NCBI GenBank assembly: GCA_046765675.1
Contig: JBKPOR010000004.1
Span: 7,740 to 71,739 of the forward strand
Length of the DNA: 64,000 bases
Direction: 5' to 3'
Source: Pseudomonadota bacterium
Lineage (GTDB): Bacteria; Pseudomonadota; Alphaproteobacteria; Sphingomonadales; Sphingomonadaceae
Below, piece by piece: positions 38,708-48,680 of this stretch; position 1 is the first letter of the stretch, and every line of letters starts with the position of its first letter. The notes under the pieces are model-generated. The model saw only the letters and a program-made list of their open reading frames with translations. It made no database searches and was not told where the DNA came from. Both the position numbers and the translations under genes were made by a program.

Positions 38708-39295
38708 ATGGCGACACGGACTGACACAACAATTTCGGCGCGCGCTCGCGCTCGGGGAATCCGCGTCGCCGGCCTCGCCATCATCGGTCTCGGAGCGTGC
38801 GCCGCACTACTGCCCGTCGGCAAGACGATCGCATCGGACCTGATCGGCGCACTGATGATCGCCGCCGGCCTTATCGAAACAGTCGCTGGATCGCTTCGCC
38901 GAGACGTTCGCGTCTATGCCATGGCGGCCGGCGGAGTGACCGCGCTCGCCGGACTGCTGTTCGTCCTCAATCCGGAAACCCACTTCTTCCCGACCGTCGT
39001 GCCCATCATCGGCTGGCTGATCGTTCGAAGCCTCATCCTTGCCTATGCGAGCACGCACATTTCGGGTTCCGTCAGGACCTGGATGGCCCTTTCCGCCGGA
39101 ATGGATTTCCTCCTTGCGGTGCTGCTCATCGCGGGCCTTCAAATCGCAACGATCATCGTCAGCCTATTCGGTCCGACAGAGCGGCTTGTCGCAAGCTTCG
39201 CATGGGTCCTCGCGGCGAGCTTTGTCGTCAATGGCTTGCTTCTGCTCGAAGTGGCCAGTTGCGAGCTTGCGAACGGCAACGAAGGGGAAGGCTGA
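38708..39295 (+). CDS. HdeD/DUF308-like membrane protein
   Basis: 187-195 aa with about six hydrophobic segments and a GALMIAAGLIE pattern; the family call is tentative. Confidence 0.65.
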   Translation: MATRTDTTISARARARGIRVAGLAIIGLGACAALLPVGKTIASDLIGALMIAAGLIETVAGSLRRDVRVYAMAAGGVTALAGLLFVLNPETHFFPTVVPIIGWLIVRSLILAYASTHISGSVRTWMALSAGMDFLLAVLLIAGLQIATIIVSLFGPTERLVASFAWVLAASFVVNGLLLLEVASCELANGNEGEG

Positions 39296-39408
39296 ACCCA
39301 GGTACCGGTCAGCACTCTGGTTAGCCTGCCCACTTCTATTTGATGACGGGCGGTTTCGGCCAATCCTGACTCTGGCATTTCTCTGCCGCTGATGCATAGG
39401 GCCGAACG

Positions 39409-39891
39409 ATGATGGTCCTCCCACAATCAGACCTGCCGGTTTCGACCGTGGCGGAAATCGTTCGACTCGCTCTTGCTCCGGTCTTCCTCCTGAGCGGCAT
39501 CGGTGCATTCCTGAACGTCCTCGCGTCTAGGCTGTCCCGGATCGTGGACCGGTCGCGTGAGATCGAGCCGCTCCTGCTCGGCAGCCGAGGCGCCGAGCAC
39601 GACCGTTGGATTGCTGACCTCAAAATCCTCGATCGCCGAATGTCACTGATCAATTGGGCTACCGGATTGTCGGTCACGTCGGCGATATTGACGTGCCTGG
39701 TGGTGGTCATGCTGTTCGCCGCAAACCTCATTCGCACGCGGCTGGGAACGGAGATCGCTTGGCTGTTCATTGCATCGATGCTGACGATCGGGGCGGGCTT
39801 CGGCGTTTTCCTGATCGAGACGTCACTCGCTGCTCGAGCGGTGCGGGTGCGCTCCGACCTGCTGCAGCACAGAGTGGACGAGGGCGAGTAG
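39409..39891 (+). CDS. DUF2721 family membrane protein
   Basis: LALAPVFLLSGIGAFLNVLASRLSRIVDRSR signature. Confidence 0.88.
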   Translation: MMVLPQSDLPVSTVAEIVRLALAPVFLLSGIGAFLNVLASRLSRIVDRSREIEPLLLGSRGAEHDRWIADLKILDRRMSLINWATGLSVTSAILTCLVVVMLFAANLIRTRLGTEIAWLFIASMLTIGAGFGVFLIETSLAARAVRVRSDLLQHRVDEGE

Positions 39892-39910
39892 CGCTTCTAT
39901 CGGCTCGGGC

Positions 39911-40900
39911 ATGAATCGCGCGGCAGCCTCCTCCGTCCTCGACCGGGTCCTCGTCCTCGAAATGGTCCGAGTGACCGAGGCCGCGGCGATTTCTGCCTCA
40001 AAGCTCATCGGCCGCGGCGACGAAAAAGCCGCCGACGCCGCGGCCGTCGAAGCGATGCGTGCCGCGCTGAACGAGCTGCCGCTCGACGGGACGGTCGTGA
40101 TCGGCGAGGGAGAGCGCGACGAAGCGCCGATGCTCTATATCGGGGAAAAGGTCGGCTCCGCGCAGGGCAGCGGGCCGAGCATAGACATTGCGCTCGACCC
40201 ACTCGAGGGGACGACCATCACCGCCAAGGCCGGGCCGAATGCGCTTGCGGTCCTTGCCATCGCCGAGCAGGGCTGCCTGCTGAATGCTCCCGACACCTAC
40301 ATGGAGAAGCTGGCGATCGGTCCCGGCTATCCCGACGGCACGATCGACTTGACGCTCTCGCCCGCCGACAACATCCGATCAATCGCGAAAGCCAAAGGCA
40401 CTGATCCAGGCGAAATCGTCGCCTGCGTCCTCGATCGTCCCCGGCACGAGGAGATCATTCAACAGCTTCGCGACCTCGGTTGCGGGATCAAGCTCATTCC
40501 CGACGGCGATGTCGCGGGGGTCATTGCGACGACCGATCCTACGACGGGGATCGACGTCTACATCGGCACGGGCGGAGCTCCGGAGGGCGTGCTGGCGGCA
40601 GCCGCCCTGCGCTGTGTGGGCGGGCAGATGCAAGGCCGGCTGGTGTTTCGCAATGACGATGAAGTGGCTCGCGCTCGCCGATGGGGTATCGAGGATCTCG
40701 AACGGGTCTATTCGCTGAATGAAATGGCCAAAGGCGACTGCATCTTCGCGGCGACCGGGGTGACCGACGGTTCGCTCCTGCGGGGCGTCCACCGCGGCCG
40801 AAATTGCGTCACCACGGAAAGCATCGTGATGCGTGCCAGCACCGGTACAGTTCGCCGGGTATCCACAGAATATCACGACCTCGTGCATCGCGGCCTCTAG
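39911..40900 (+). CDS. glpX: Class II fructose-1,6-bisphosphatase
   Basis: VRVTEAAA, IGEGERDEAPML, DPLEGT, DGDV, GGAPEGVL, FAATGVTDG motifs. Confidence 0.96.
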   Translation: MNRAAASSVLDRVLVLEMVRVTEAAAISASKLIGRGDEKAADAAAVEAMRAALNELPLDGTVVIGEGERDEAPMLYIGEKVGSAQGSGPSIDIALDPLEGTTITAKAGPNALAVLAIAEQGCLLNAPDTYMEKLAIGPGYPDGTIDLTLSPADNIRSIAKAKGTDPGEIVACVLDRPRHEEIIQQLRDLGCGIKLIPDGDVAGVIATTDPTTGIDVYIGTGGAPEGVLAAAALRCVGGQMQGRLVFRNDDEVARARRWGIEDLERVYSLNEMAKGDCIFAATGVTDGSLLRGVHRGRNCVTTESIVMRASTGTVRRVSTEYHDLVHRGL

Positions 40901-40932
40901 ACCCAGGAATCTGTGGCCCATAACTTGCAGCC

Positions 40933-42687
40933 GTGAGTAGCTTTGCGCTCAACATCGAACGATCGGTGACCGGGCAGCCGTGGCGCTGGCGGCGCCCGCC
41001 CGACGAAACCCTCGGCATGGACGAGCTGGTCGATGAACTCCTTCTGGCTCGCGGCGTCGACCGCGACGACCTTGCCCGCAATCGCGATCCGAAGATCCGA
41101 GATTTCCTGCCGGACCCATCATGCTTCAGCGACATGGACAAGGGCGCCAAGCGGCTCGCCGACGCCGTCCAAGGCGGCGAAACCGTCGCCATCTTCGGCG
41201 ATTATGACGTGGACGGCGCAACCAGCGCGGCGTTGCTCGTGCTTCTCCTTCGCAGGCTAGGCGCGGAGCCGATCGTCTACATTCCCGACCGGCTGATGGA
41301 AGGGTACGGACCTTCGGGCAAGGCGCTGGTCGAGCTCAAGGGCCGCGGGGCAAGCGTCGCCGTGTGCGTGGATTGCGGAGCGCAGGCGTTCGAGGCGCTG
41401 GACGAGGCTCGCTCGGCCGGGCTCGACGTGATCGTGGTCGACCACCATCAGTGCGCCAGCCTCCTCCCCGTCGCTTACGCCATGATCAATCCCAACCGCC
41501 TCGATGAAAGCGCGGACGGCGCCGCGCACGGCCATCTCGCGGCGGTTGGCATGGCTTTCCTGCTGGGGGTCGCTGTGATCCGCGAGCTTCGCGCCCGGAG
41601 CTTTTTCGAAGCGCTTGCCGAGCCCAAAATTCTCGACCTGCTGGATCTCGTCGCGCTTGGGACGGTCGCCGATGTGGCGCGGCTGAAGAGCCTGAACCGG
41701 GCGTTCGTGACCCAGGGACTGAGGATCATGGCCGCGAGACAGAATGTTGGGATGGCGGCGCTGATCGAAGCATCGCGCCTCACCAAAGCCCCGTCATGCC
41801 GCGACCTCGGCTTCGCGCTCGGGCCGCGGATCAACGCCGGCGGCCGGGTCGGCAAGTCGGACCTCGGAGTGCGTCTTCTCACCTCCACCGATCCGGAAGA
41901 AGCGCGCGGCATCGCCGTCGAGCTCGATCGCCTGAACGAGGAGCGCCGCGCGATCGAAATGCTGGTCTGCGAGCAGGCCGAGGAGCAGGCGGCTAAGCTC
42001 ACCGGCGATCCGGTGATCATCGTCATGAGCGCCGGCTGGCACCAGGGCGTGATCGGCATCGTCGCGGGCCGCTTGAAGGAGCGCTTCGGCCGGCCGGCGA
42101 TCGTCATTGCCGAGACCGAGGACGGAACCGGCAAAGGCTCCGGCCGCTCGATTTCGGGCGTAGATCTAGGCGCCGCGGTGCTCGCGGCGAAGGACCACGG
42201 CTTACTGATGGCCGGGGGCGGACATGCGATGGCCGCCGGACTGACGCTCCCCCCCGGCGGTCTAGAACCGTTCCGGGTTTTCATCAACGAGCGGCTCGCC
42301 GCGGACGTTGAGAAGTCGCGCGGAGATCGCGCCATTCTCCTCGACGCTTTGCTCGCACCGGGCGGAGTCGCGGCTTCGCTTTGTGACGCGCTCGACGCTG
42401 CCGGCCCGTACGGCGCGGGTTGGCCGAGCCCGCACGTCGCGGCCGGTCCGGTCCGCCTGCTGCGCACGGGCATCGTCGGCGACGGTCATGTCCGCGGCAT
42501 TGCGGCGGGCGACGACGGCAAAAGCTTCAAATGGATTGCGTTCCGAAGCGCCGGAACCGATCTCGGACAGGCCCTGCTCGAATCGCCGCCGGACGTGCGC
42601 TGGTGGCTCGCCGGAACGATCAAGCGCGATGAGTGGAATGGCGGCAATACTGCCGAGATGCACTTGGATGACGCGGCGCTCGCTTGA
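40933..42687 (+). CDS. recJ: Single-stranded DNA exonuclease RecJ
   Basis: GDYDVDG, VDHH (DHH family), ALGTVADV, PRINAGGR, KGSGRS, GGHAMAAG motifs. Confidence 0.96.
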   Translation: MSSFALNIERSVTGQPWRWRRPPDETLGMDELVDELLLARGVDRDDLARNRDPKIRDFLPDPSCFSDMDKGAKRLADAVQGGETVAIFGDYDVDGATSAALLVLLLRRLGAEPIVYIPDRLMEGYGPSGKALVELKGRGASVAVCVDCGAQAFEALDEARSAGLDVIVVDHHQCASLLPVAYAMINPNRLDESADGAAHGHLAAVGMAFLLGVAVIRELRARSFFEALAEPKILDLLDLVALGTVADVARLKSLNRAFVTQGLRIMAARQNVGMAALIEASRLTKAPSCRDLGFALGPRINAGGRVGKSDLGVRLLTSTDPEEARGIAVELDRLNEERRAIEMLVCEQAEEQAAKLTGDPVIIVMSAGWHQGVIGIVAGRLKERFGRPAIVIAETEDGTGKGSGRSISGVDLGAAVLAAKDHGLLMAGGGHAMAAGLTLPPGGLEPFRVFINERLAADVEKSRGDRAILLDALLAPGGVAASLCDALDAAGPYGAGWPSPHVAAGPVRLLRTGIVGDGHVRGIAAGDDGKSFKWIAFRSAGTDLGQALLESPPDVRWWLAGTIKRDEWNGGNTAEMHLDDAALA

Positions 42688-42712
42688 CGCTGAAAATCGC
42701 GTCGCCTAACCG
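42684..42712 (+). promoter_or_regulatory. Candidate sigma70 promoter of tRNA-Glu overlapping the recJ stop
   Basis: TTGACG (42684-42689), 17-nt spacer, TAACCG. Confidence 0.5.
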
Positions 42713-42728
42713 CGACCCCGCCTTCACC

Positions 42729-42804
42729 GGCCCCATCGTCTAGCGGTCTAGGACGTCGCCCTTTCACGGCGAAAACACGGGTTCGAGTCCCGTTGGGGTC
42801 ACCA
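42729..42804 (+). tRNA. tRNA-Glu (anticodon TTC)
   Basis: GGCCCCA acceptor stem pairing with TGGGGTC, anticodon loop CTTTCAC, GGTTCGAGTCC T-arm, encoded CCA. Confidence 0.97.
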
Positions 42805-42811
42805 ACTACGG

Positions 42812-42928
42812 CTACAAGCCGATCCACATTCTAATCAGCCAGGCGACCGCGCCGACGCTCGCCACGCCAGCGGCCCACAGTCCGACGAACCACGCCAACC
42901 GCTTCGCCAGGCGCGGCTCAGCGCTCAA
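42812..42928 (-). CDS. DUF2474-type small membrane protein (cytochrome bd accessory)
   Basis: 38 aa, KRLAWFVGLWAAGVASVGAVAWLIRMWI; TTG start overlapping the cydB stop. Confidence 0.8.
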   Translation of the reverse strand: MSAEPRLAKRLAWFVGLWAAGVASVGAVAWLIRMWIGL

Positions 42929-43923
42929 TGATAGCCCCCCTCGCCGACCTTGCCTCGGAACACCCAGTAGGAAAACGCAGTGTAAGCGAGAATGATCGGA
43001 ATCAGCACCACAGCGCCGACGAGCATGAACAGCTGGCTGGTGTGCGGCGCGGCGGCTTCCCAGATCGACACGCGCCCCGGCACCACGTCTGGCCAGATCG
43101 ATATGCCCAGCCCGATCATCGTCAACAGGAACAGCATCAGCGTAAGCACGAACGGCATCCAGTCGCGGCCATGGCGGAGGCTCGCCCAAAGGCCGACCGC
43201 AACCCAGCCGACCAGCAACGGCATAGGGATCGTGACCAGGAGCCCGGGATATTCAAACCACCGATCGAAATATTGCCGCTCGACGAAGGGCGTAGCGAGG
43301 CTGACCGCGCCGATCGCCGCGAGCAGTGCTGGTGTCGCAAAGCGCGCGAGGCGCCGCGCGTCTGCTTGCAGCTTGCCTTCGGTTTTCCAGATGAGCCAGC
43401 AGCCGCCGAGCAGCGCATAGCCGACGACCAGGCTCGCACCGGTCAGCACGCTGAATGGCGACAGCCATTCCCACCAGCCGCCGGCGTAAGCGCGGCCGAC
43501 GACCGTTATGCCCTGGATGAGTGCACCAAGGGTCACGCCCTGCATGAACGCGGCGAGCAGCGAGCCGGCGGTGAAGCCTGCGTCCCACCAACGGCGATGG
43601 CTCGCGTCGCGCCAGCGGAATTCGAAGGCGACGCCGCGGAACACCAGGCCGAGCAGCATCGCGACGATCGGCGCGTAGAGCGCCGGCAGGATGATTGCGT
43701 AGGCCAGCGGGAAGGCGGCGAGCAGTCCCCCGCCGCCCAAGACAAGCCAGGTCTCGTTCCCATCCCACACTGGAGCGATCGCATTCATCGCCTGGTCGCG
43801 CTCCTTTCCGACGCGGAAGAAAGGGAACAGGATGCCGATGCCGAGGTCGAAACCGTCCATCACCACATAAGCGGCGATGCCGAAGGCGATGATGAAGGCC
43901 CAGATGATGGTGAGGTCCATCAT
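42925..43923 (-). CDS. cydB: Cytochrome bd ubiquinol oxidase subunit II (CioB-like)
   Basis: YVVMDGFDLGIG, PVWDGNETWLV, FRGVAFEFR motifs. Confidence 0.95.
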   Translation of the reverse strand: MMDLTIIWAFIIAFGIAAYVVMDGFDLGIGILFPFFRVGKERDQAMNAIAPVWDGNETWLVLGGGGLLAAFPLAYAIILPALYAPIVAMLLGLVFRGVAFEFRWRDASHRRWWDAGFTAGSLLAAFMQGVTLGALIQGITVVGRAYAGGWWEWLSPFSVLTGASLVVGYALLGGCWLIWKTEGKLQADARRLARFATPALLAAIGAVSLATPFVERQYFDRWFEYPGLLVTIPMPLLVGWVAVGLWASLRHGRDWMPFVLTLMLFLLTMIGLGISIWPDVVPGRVSIWEAAAPHTSQLFMLVGAVVLIPIILAYTAFSYWVFRGKVGEGGYH

Positions 43924-45329
43924 TGCGGCTCCTCGCGTTGCGCGACCGACGGCGAAGGCGTGATTCCGGCGGCACGGGTCGGCTCCGGTCCGGGTCCGAG
44001 TTCGCCCGCATGCGGCGCCTCAAACATCAGCCTGAGGATGTACCAGATGCCAAACCCGAAGACCGCGCTATAGACGACGACAAAGGCAATCAGCGATCCC
44101 GCGACGCCGGGCGCTCCGATCGGCGCAACCGCGTCCGCGGTGCGCAGCAGTCCGTATACGACATAGGGTTGGCGGCCGACTTCCGTCGTTACCCAGCCGG
44201 CAATGGTCGCGACGAAGCCGGCTGGCCCCATCGCCAGCGCGAACCGGTGCAACAGCGGTGCGCTGTAGAGCAGGCCGCGCCAACGCTCCCACAGGCTGAG
44301 CAGACCGAGCCCGAACATCAGGAACGCAAGGCCGACCATGATCCGGAACGACCAGAATATGATCCCGACCGGCGGCCATTCGCTCTTCGGCACGGTTTTT
44401 AGCCCCTCGACCGGTGCGTTCCACGAATGATGCAGGATAAGCGACCCTAAATGGGGAATGCGGATCGCCTGGTGGACCGTCGCCTGCTGACTATCCGGGA
44501 AACCGACAAGGACCAGGGGCGCCCCATCCGGATAGGAGTCAAAATGGCCCTCCAATGCGAGGATCTTTACAGGCTGATGCTCTTCCGTGTTGAGGCCGTG
44601 CTGGTCGCCGGCGATCATCTGGATCGGCGCAACGACCGCCGCCATCCACATCGCCATCGAGAACATGGTGCGCACCTCGGGCGTGTCGCGCCGGCGCAGC
44701 AAGTGCCACGCACCGACTGCGCCGACCGCGAGCGCGGTCGTTAAGTAGGACGCGATGACAGTGTGGACGAGCCGATAGGGGAAGCTCGCGGTGAAAATGA
44801 TGTCGAGCCAGCTGCCAGCAGGAACGAACTGGCCGTGTGCGTTGATCGCATAGCCCGCCGGCGTATGCATCCAGCTGTTCGCGGCAAGGATCCAGAAAGC
44901 CGACAGCAACGTGCCGAGCGCGACCATCACGGTTGCAACGAAATGCAGCCCCTTGCCGACGCGGGTCAGGCCGAACAGCATCACCCCGAGGAAGCCCGCT
45001 TCCAGGAAGAAGGCGGTGAGCACTTCATAAGCCATCAAGGGACCGATTACGGGCCCGGCCTTGTCCGAAAAGACGGACCAGTTTGTGCCGAACTGGTAGG
45101 ACATGACGATGCCCGATACGACGCCCATCGCGAACACGATGGCGAAGATTTTCAGCCAGTAGCGGAACAGGTTAAGGAACCTCTCCTCACCTGTTCTCAG
45201 CCACAGCCCCTCCAGCACCGCGAGATAGCTCGCGAGCCCGATGGTGAACGACGGGAAGATGAAATGAAACGAGACGGTGAAGGCGAATTGCGCCCTCGCC
45301 AGAAGCAGTGCAGCATCGCCATCCGCCAT
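43920..45329 (-). CDS. cydA: Cytochrome bd ubiquinol oxidase subunit I (short Q-loop, CioA-like)
   Basis: SFHFIFPSFTIG, FFLEAGF, ANSWMHTP, QPVKILALEG, GWVTTEVGRQP motifs. Confidence 0.95.
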   Translation of the reverse strand: MADGDAALLLARAQFAFTVSFHFIFPSFTIGLASYLAVLEGLWLRTGEERFLNLFRYWLKIFAIVFAMGVVSGIVMSYQFGTNWSVFSDKAGPVIGPLMAYEVLTAFFLEAGFLGVMLFGLTRVGKGLHFVATVMVALGTLLSAFWILAANSWMHTPAGYAINAHGQFVPAGSWLDIIFTASFPYRLVHTVIASYLTTALAVGAVGAWHLLRRRDTPEVRTMFSMAMWMAAVVAPIQMIAGDQHGLNTEEHQPVKILALEGHFDSYPDGAPLVLVGFPDSQQATVHQAIRIPHLGSLILHHSWNAPVEGLKTVPKSEWPPVGIIFWSFRIMVGLAFLMFGLGLLSLWERWRGLLYSAPLLHRFALAMGPAGFVATIAGWVTTEVGRQPYVVYGLLRTADAVAPIGAPGVAGSLIAFVVVYSAVFGFGIWYILRLMFEAPHAGELGPGPEPTRAAGITPSPSVAQREEPQ

Positions 45330-45347
45330 CGCCGCCGCCTCTAGGGC

Positions 45348-46601
45348 CTAAAGACGAGTCCAGGCAATCGCGATTGATGCCCCAAGCGCAATCACGCTAA
45401 CCGCCATCGCGAGGGCCGCCGACAGGCCTTTTCGCCGCGCATAGACCAGCGCGATCCCGATCTTGACCGCCATGTTGACGATGATCGTTCCCGCTATCGC
45501 AATTGCCGCGAGCAGCGGGGAAATCGCGACCGGGGGAAGTCCCCCCAAGGTAATGATCGCCGTGTCGACGTCGGTCGATCCGACGATCAGCAGGAGCACT
45601 GCGATTCCCTGCTCGCCGAACCGGCCCGCGGCCCATCGCGCGGCGACAGCAGCGATGGCGACGAAGGCCACAAAACCGAACGCCGGCAGGAGAGCGATGG
45701 GGTTGCCGGGCGGTGACGGTGCGTCGCACTTGGGTGCCCTGCGATAGAGCCAGAAACCGGCGGCCCAGGCGACTAGCAGCGCTGGAAAGATGATCAGCGC
45801 GAACGGCACCCAAACGCGTGTCGCGAGGACGGCGATGAGGAGGAGCACGCGCAGGTACATGACGGCCGTGGCGAGTGCGATTCCGGCCGGCTCGGCGCCG
45901 ATCACCTTCTCGCTTCCGAGCCTTTGGGCGAGCGCCTGAGTGACTGCCGTCGAGCTGTAGGCGCCGCCGATCAGCGCGGTCGCGATCGTTCCGTGGCGCT
46001 CTCCGAAGATTCGATTGGCGACGTAGCCGAGGAAGGAGAAGCCGGTGACCAGGACCACCACCAGCCACAGCTTCTGCGGGTTCCAGGCGCCCAATGGCCC
46101 GTAATGTCCGCTCGGCAGGAATGGCAGAATCGCGCCGGCGATGACGGCGTAACGGGCGAGCGCCTTGACGTCATCCTGGTCGAGCTTCTCGACAAAACCG
46201 TGAAGCTCGGTGCGCATTGCGAGCAACGCGACCGCGACCGCGGCGCTCGCGATCGCAAGCGCCGGGTTGCCGCTTCCAGCGAGGAAGCCGATTGCGATGG
46301 TCGCAAGCGCGGCCACCGAGCTCGTCGAATCATGGTGGCTGCGGAGCTCTCGCGAATAAGCGGTGACCAGGATCGCGACGGCGCCGATCACGATGGCCGA
46401 GGCGACAAGCGGATATCCGATAACACCGATCAGGCCGGCAATGCCGCTGCCCAAACCGAGCATTGAGAAAGTCCGGATGCCGGCTACGCGGGTGCCTGGC
46501 TTTTCGTCCCTCAGCTTCCAGCCGCGCTCGATGCCGATGAGGAGCCCGCTGGCGAGCGCCGTAGCGATCGACAATGCCTGCCAATACCAGCCGGCGTTCA
46601 T
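45348..46601 (-). CDS. MgtC/SapB + DUF4010 family membrane protein
   Basis: LLIGIERG...AGIRTF MgtC motif; GGAYSSTAVT DUF4010-type motif. Confidence 0.88.
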   Translation of the reverse strand: MNAGWYWQALSIATALASGLLIGIERGWKLRDEKPGTRVAGIRTFSMLGLGSGIAGLIGVIGYPLVASAIVIGAVAILVTAYSRELRSHHDSTSSVAALATIAIGFLAGSGNPALAIASAAVAVALLAMRTELHGFVEKLDQDDVKALARYAVIAGAILPFLPSGHYGPLGAWNPQKLWLVVVLVTGFSFLGYVANRIFGERHGTIATALIGGAYSSTAVTQALAQRLGSEKVIGAEPAGIALATAVMYLRVLLLIAVLATRVWVPFALIIFPALLVAWAAGFWLYRRAPKCDAPSPPGNPIALLPAFGFVAFVAIAAVAARWAAGRFGEQGIAVLLLIVGSTDVDTAIITLGGLPPVAISPLLAAIAIAGTIIVNMAVKIGIALVYARRKGLSAALAMAVSVIALGASIAIAWTRL

Positions 46602-46616
46602 CCGGCGGCTCCAGCC

Positions 46617-48677
46617 CTAGATGGCCAGCCCAGGGTCGCCTTCGATGACCTGCTGCTCGAGGCGGGGCCGCTCGCCGGATCGCCAAAGCTTCGCCGAGTG
46701 GAGGACGCGATAGCGGAGGGGTCCACCGTCGGGCCGATCGCTGCGCGTGATCGGACGCGGGATGCAGACGAACTCGGTCCGCATGTCGTCACGGGTGAGG
46801 CGTACCTTCGCATAACCGTGAGCGCCCATATCGACGAAATCGATATGCGGCGAGAGCGTCGGGTTGGTGAGCGCCCGCGCCCGGGCGAGATCGAAGCTCT
46901 TCGCATATTCGAGGCACGAGCGGACGCCGTGCTTCAGCAGCATGTTGAAGGTCCAGTCGGGCTTGGCAGCACCGGGGCGGTCGGCCAGGAATAATGGCCG
47001 CAAGACTGCATCCTTGGGAAGTCGGTGTTCGTATGCCTCCATGGCGCCGGGGCTCGCGAGCGATGCACCGACGAAGCTCAGGCCGACCGGATCGAACTTG
47101 CCGGGGGGTAATTCACTCGTCGCATAGCCGGCCCAGAAGCTATGCCGGTCGCCCGACACGATCGCGAATCCGGTAATTTTCTCGTCCCGCACGAGACCGT
47201 AGATTTCGCCGCGCTCGATGTAAGCGGTTCCGTGATCGCCTCCGCCGAGGCTGGCGTAGGTGCCAGGCCAGGGCTGCTTGGTGAGGCCGACGGGAAGGTT
47301 CTGCGGGTCGGCGCGCCAATCGAGACAGCCGAGGGAATTGGCCCAGAGCTTCCAGGTCGCGGTCGAACTCTTTAGCTTGTCCTTGAACCACGCCTTCTGC
47401 TCCGCACCTAGGATGGCCTGCGGCGGTGCATCCTTCTGCGGATTGGCGATGCGGACGTCGCCGAATGTGAGTTCCGCGGGGGGCTTGCCACCGTTATAGG
47501 CTCGCCCGCCGTCGAGGATCATCATTGCGTCCTCGGGGAACATGCCGAGGAACTCCGGTCCGCCGAGCTTGCCCAGCTCCGGATCGTTCGTTGGATCCGG
47601 GCCGTGGTAGCTGTGCTGGTCCGTGATGATCAGGTCGAGATGGCGGCCGTAGCGCAGCGACCGGTACGCCTTGAGACTATTGATCGCGATGAGGTTATTG
47701 GGCTCGTCGCCAAGGCCGTTGTCGTCCCACTTCGTAATCGGCACATTTTTGACCGCCGGCGGATCGAATCGCTCGAGCGACCCGCTCGGCGCCGCAACGC
47801 GTGCCGGCTGGAATTCGAACCAGGCTTGGTTGGCGGCCACCTTGACGGTCTGCGCGGGCCGCTCGACGTCACCGGCCTTGAGGATGCTCTGCCAGCCCTG
47901 CCACGAGAATTCGTGATTGTCCCACATGCAGACGAACGGCCAGCGCGCCCGCGCATCCTGCAGGTCCGGATCGCGCAAATAGCCCTTATAGACGGCGCGG
48001 TAGCCGTCGACCGTTAGCGGGATGTGGAAATTGCCGACCTTGAGGCCGTCGGGGATGCGCGCGACTTCGTAAATCGTACGGTCGTAACGGGTCTTCACCT
48101 CTTCCGGATATTGGACGACCTCGTAGATGAAATCGCCGAGGTGCAGGACGAAGTCGAGCTGGTCCTCCGGGGCGGCGCGTTCGTCCTCGAAGATCATCCG
48201 GCGGTAACCGTTAAGCGCTCCTTCGTTGACGCTCTGGCAGCTGACGAACGCGAAATTGACGGGCCGCGGGTCGGCGGGCGGAGGCGCGGTAATCGTACGG
48301 CCGATCCGGCTGCCGTTCCCTTCGTCATCGGTGAAGCGATACCAATAGGTTCGCGCGGGCTTGAGCCCGCCCACGAGCACTCGGCTGGTCCAATCGGCCG
48401 CGGCGGAAACGGGAGCGGGGGCGTGAGCGACCACGCGCCGGAAGGCCTCGTCTTCGGCGACCTCGACGGTGAGAATGTGCCGCTCGCCCTGGTCGAACGG
48501 GCGCCGGGTCCAAAGGATTACGCTGGTCGGGTCGGGATCGCCCGACGCAACTCCCTCGGGGTAAAGATCGCGCCGCTCTCGCCAATTCGTTCGGGAGGCG
48601 CTTGCGGGCGCTGTCCACGCGAGCGAAGCGCCCATCGCGGCCGCAAGCCGGATGAAGTCGCGGCGGCTGGTTCTCAT
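46617..48677 (-). CDS. phoD: PhoD-family alkaline phosphatase with Tat signal
   Basis: SRRDFIRL Tat motif; GVASGDP, FVSCQ, HLGDFIYE, WDNHE, SGDRH motifs. Confidence 0.88.
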   Translation of the reverse strand: MRTSRRDFIRLAAAMGASLAWTAPASASRTNWRERRDLYPEGVASGDPDPTSVILWTRRPFDQGERHILTVEVAEDEAFRRVVAHAPAPVSAAADWTSRVLVGGLKPARTYWYRFTDDEGNGSRIGRTITAPPPADPRPVNFAFVSCQSVNEGALNGYRRMIFEDERAAPEDQLDFVLHLGDFIYEVVQYPEEVKTRYDRTIYEVARIPDGLKVGNFHIPLTVDGYRAVYKGYLRDPDLQDARARWPFVCMWDNHEFSWQGWQSILKAGDVERPAQTVKVAANQAWFEFQPARVAAPSGSLERFDPPAVKNVPITKWDDNGLGDEPNNLIAINSLKAYRSLRYGRHLDLIITDQHSYHGPDPTNDPELGKLGGPEFLGMFPEDAMMILDGGRAYNGGKPPAELTFGDVRIANPQKDAPPQAILGAEQKAWFKDKLKSSTATWKLWANSLGCLDWRADPQNLPVGLTKQPWPGTYASLGGGDHGTAYIERGEIYGLVRDEKITGFAIVSGDRHSFWAGYATSELPPGKFDPVGLSFVGASLASPGAMEAYEHRLPKDAVLRPLFLADRPGAAKPDWTFNMLLKHGVRSCLEYAKSFDLARARALTNPTLSPHIDFVDMGAHGYAKVRLTRDDMRTEFVCIPRPITRSDRPDGGPLRYRVLHSAKLWRSGERPRLEQQVIEGDPGLAI

Positions 48678-48680
48678 CGC

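Noticed and set aside
45330-45347. Fnr/FixK box for cydAB
   Set aside because: No TTGAT-N4-ATCAA motif was seen in the 18-nt gap or immediately upstream.
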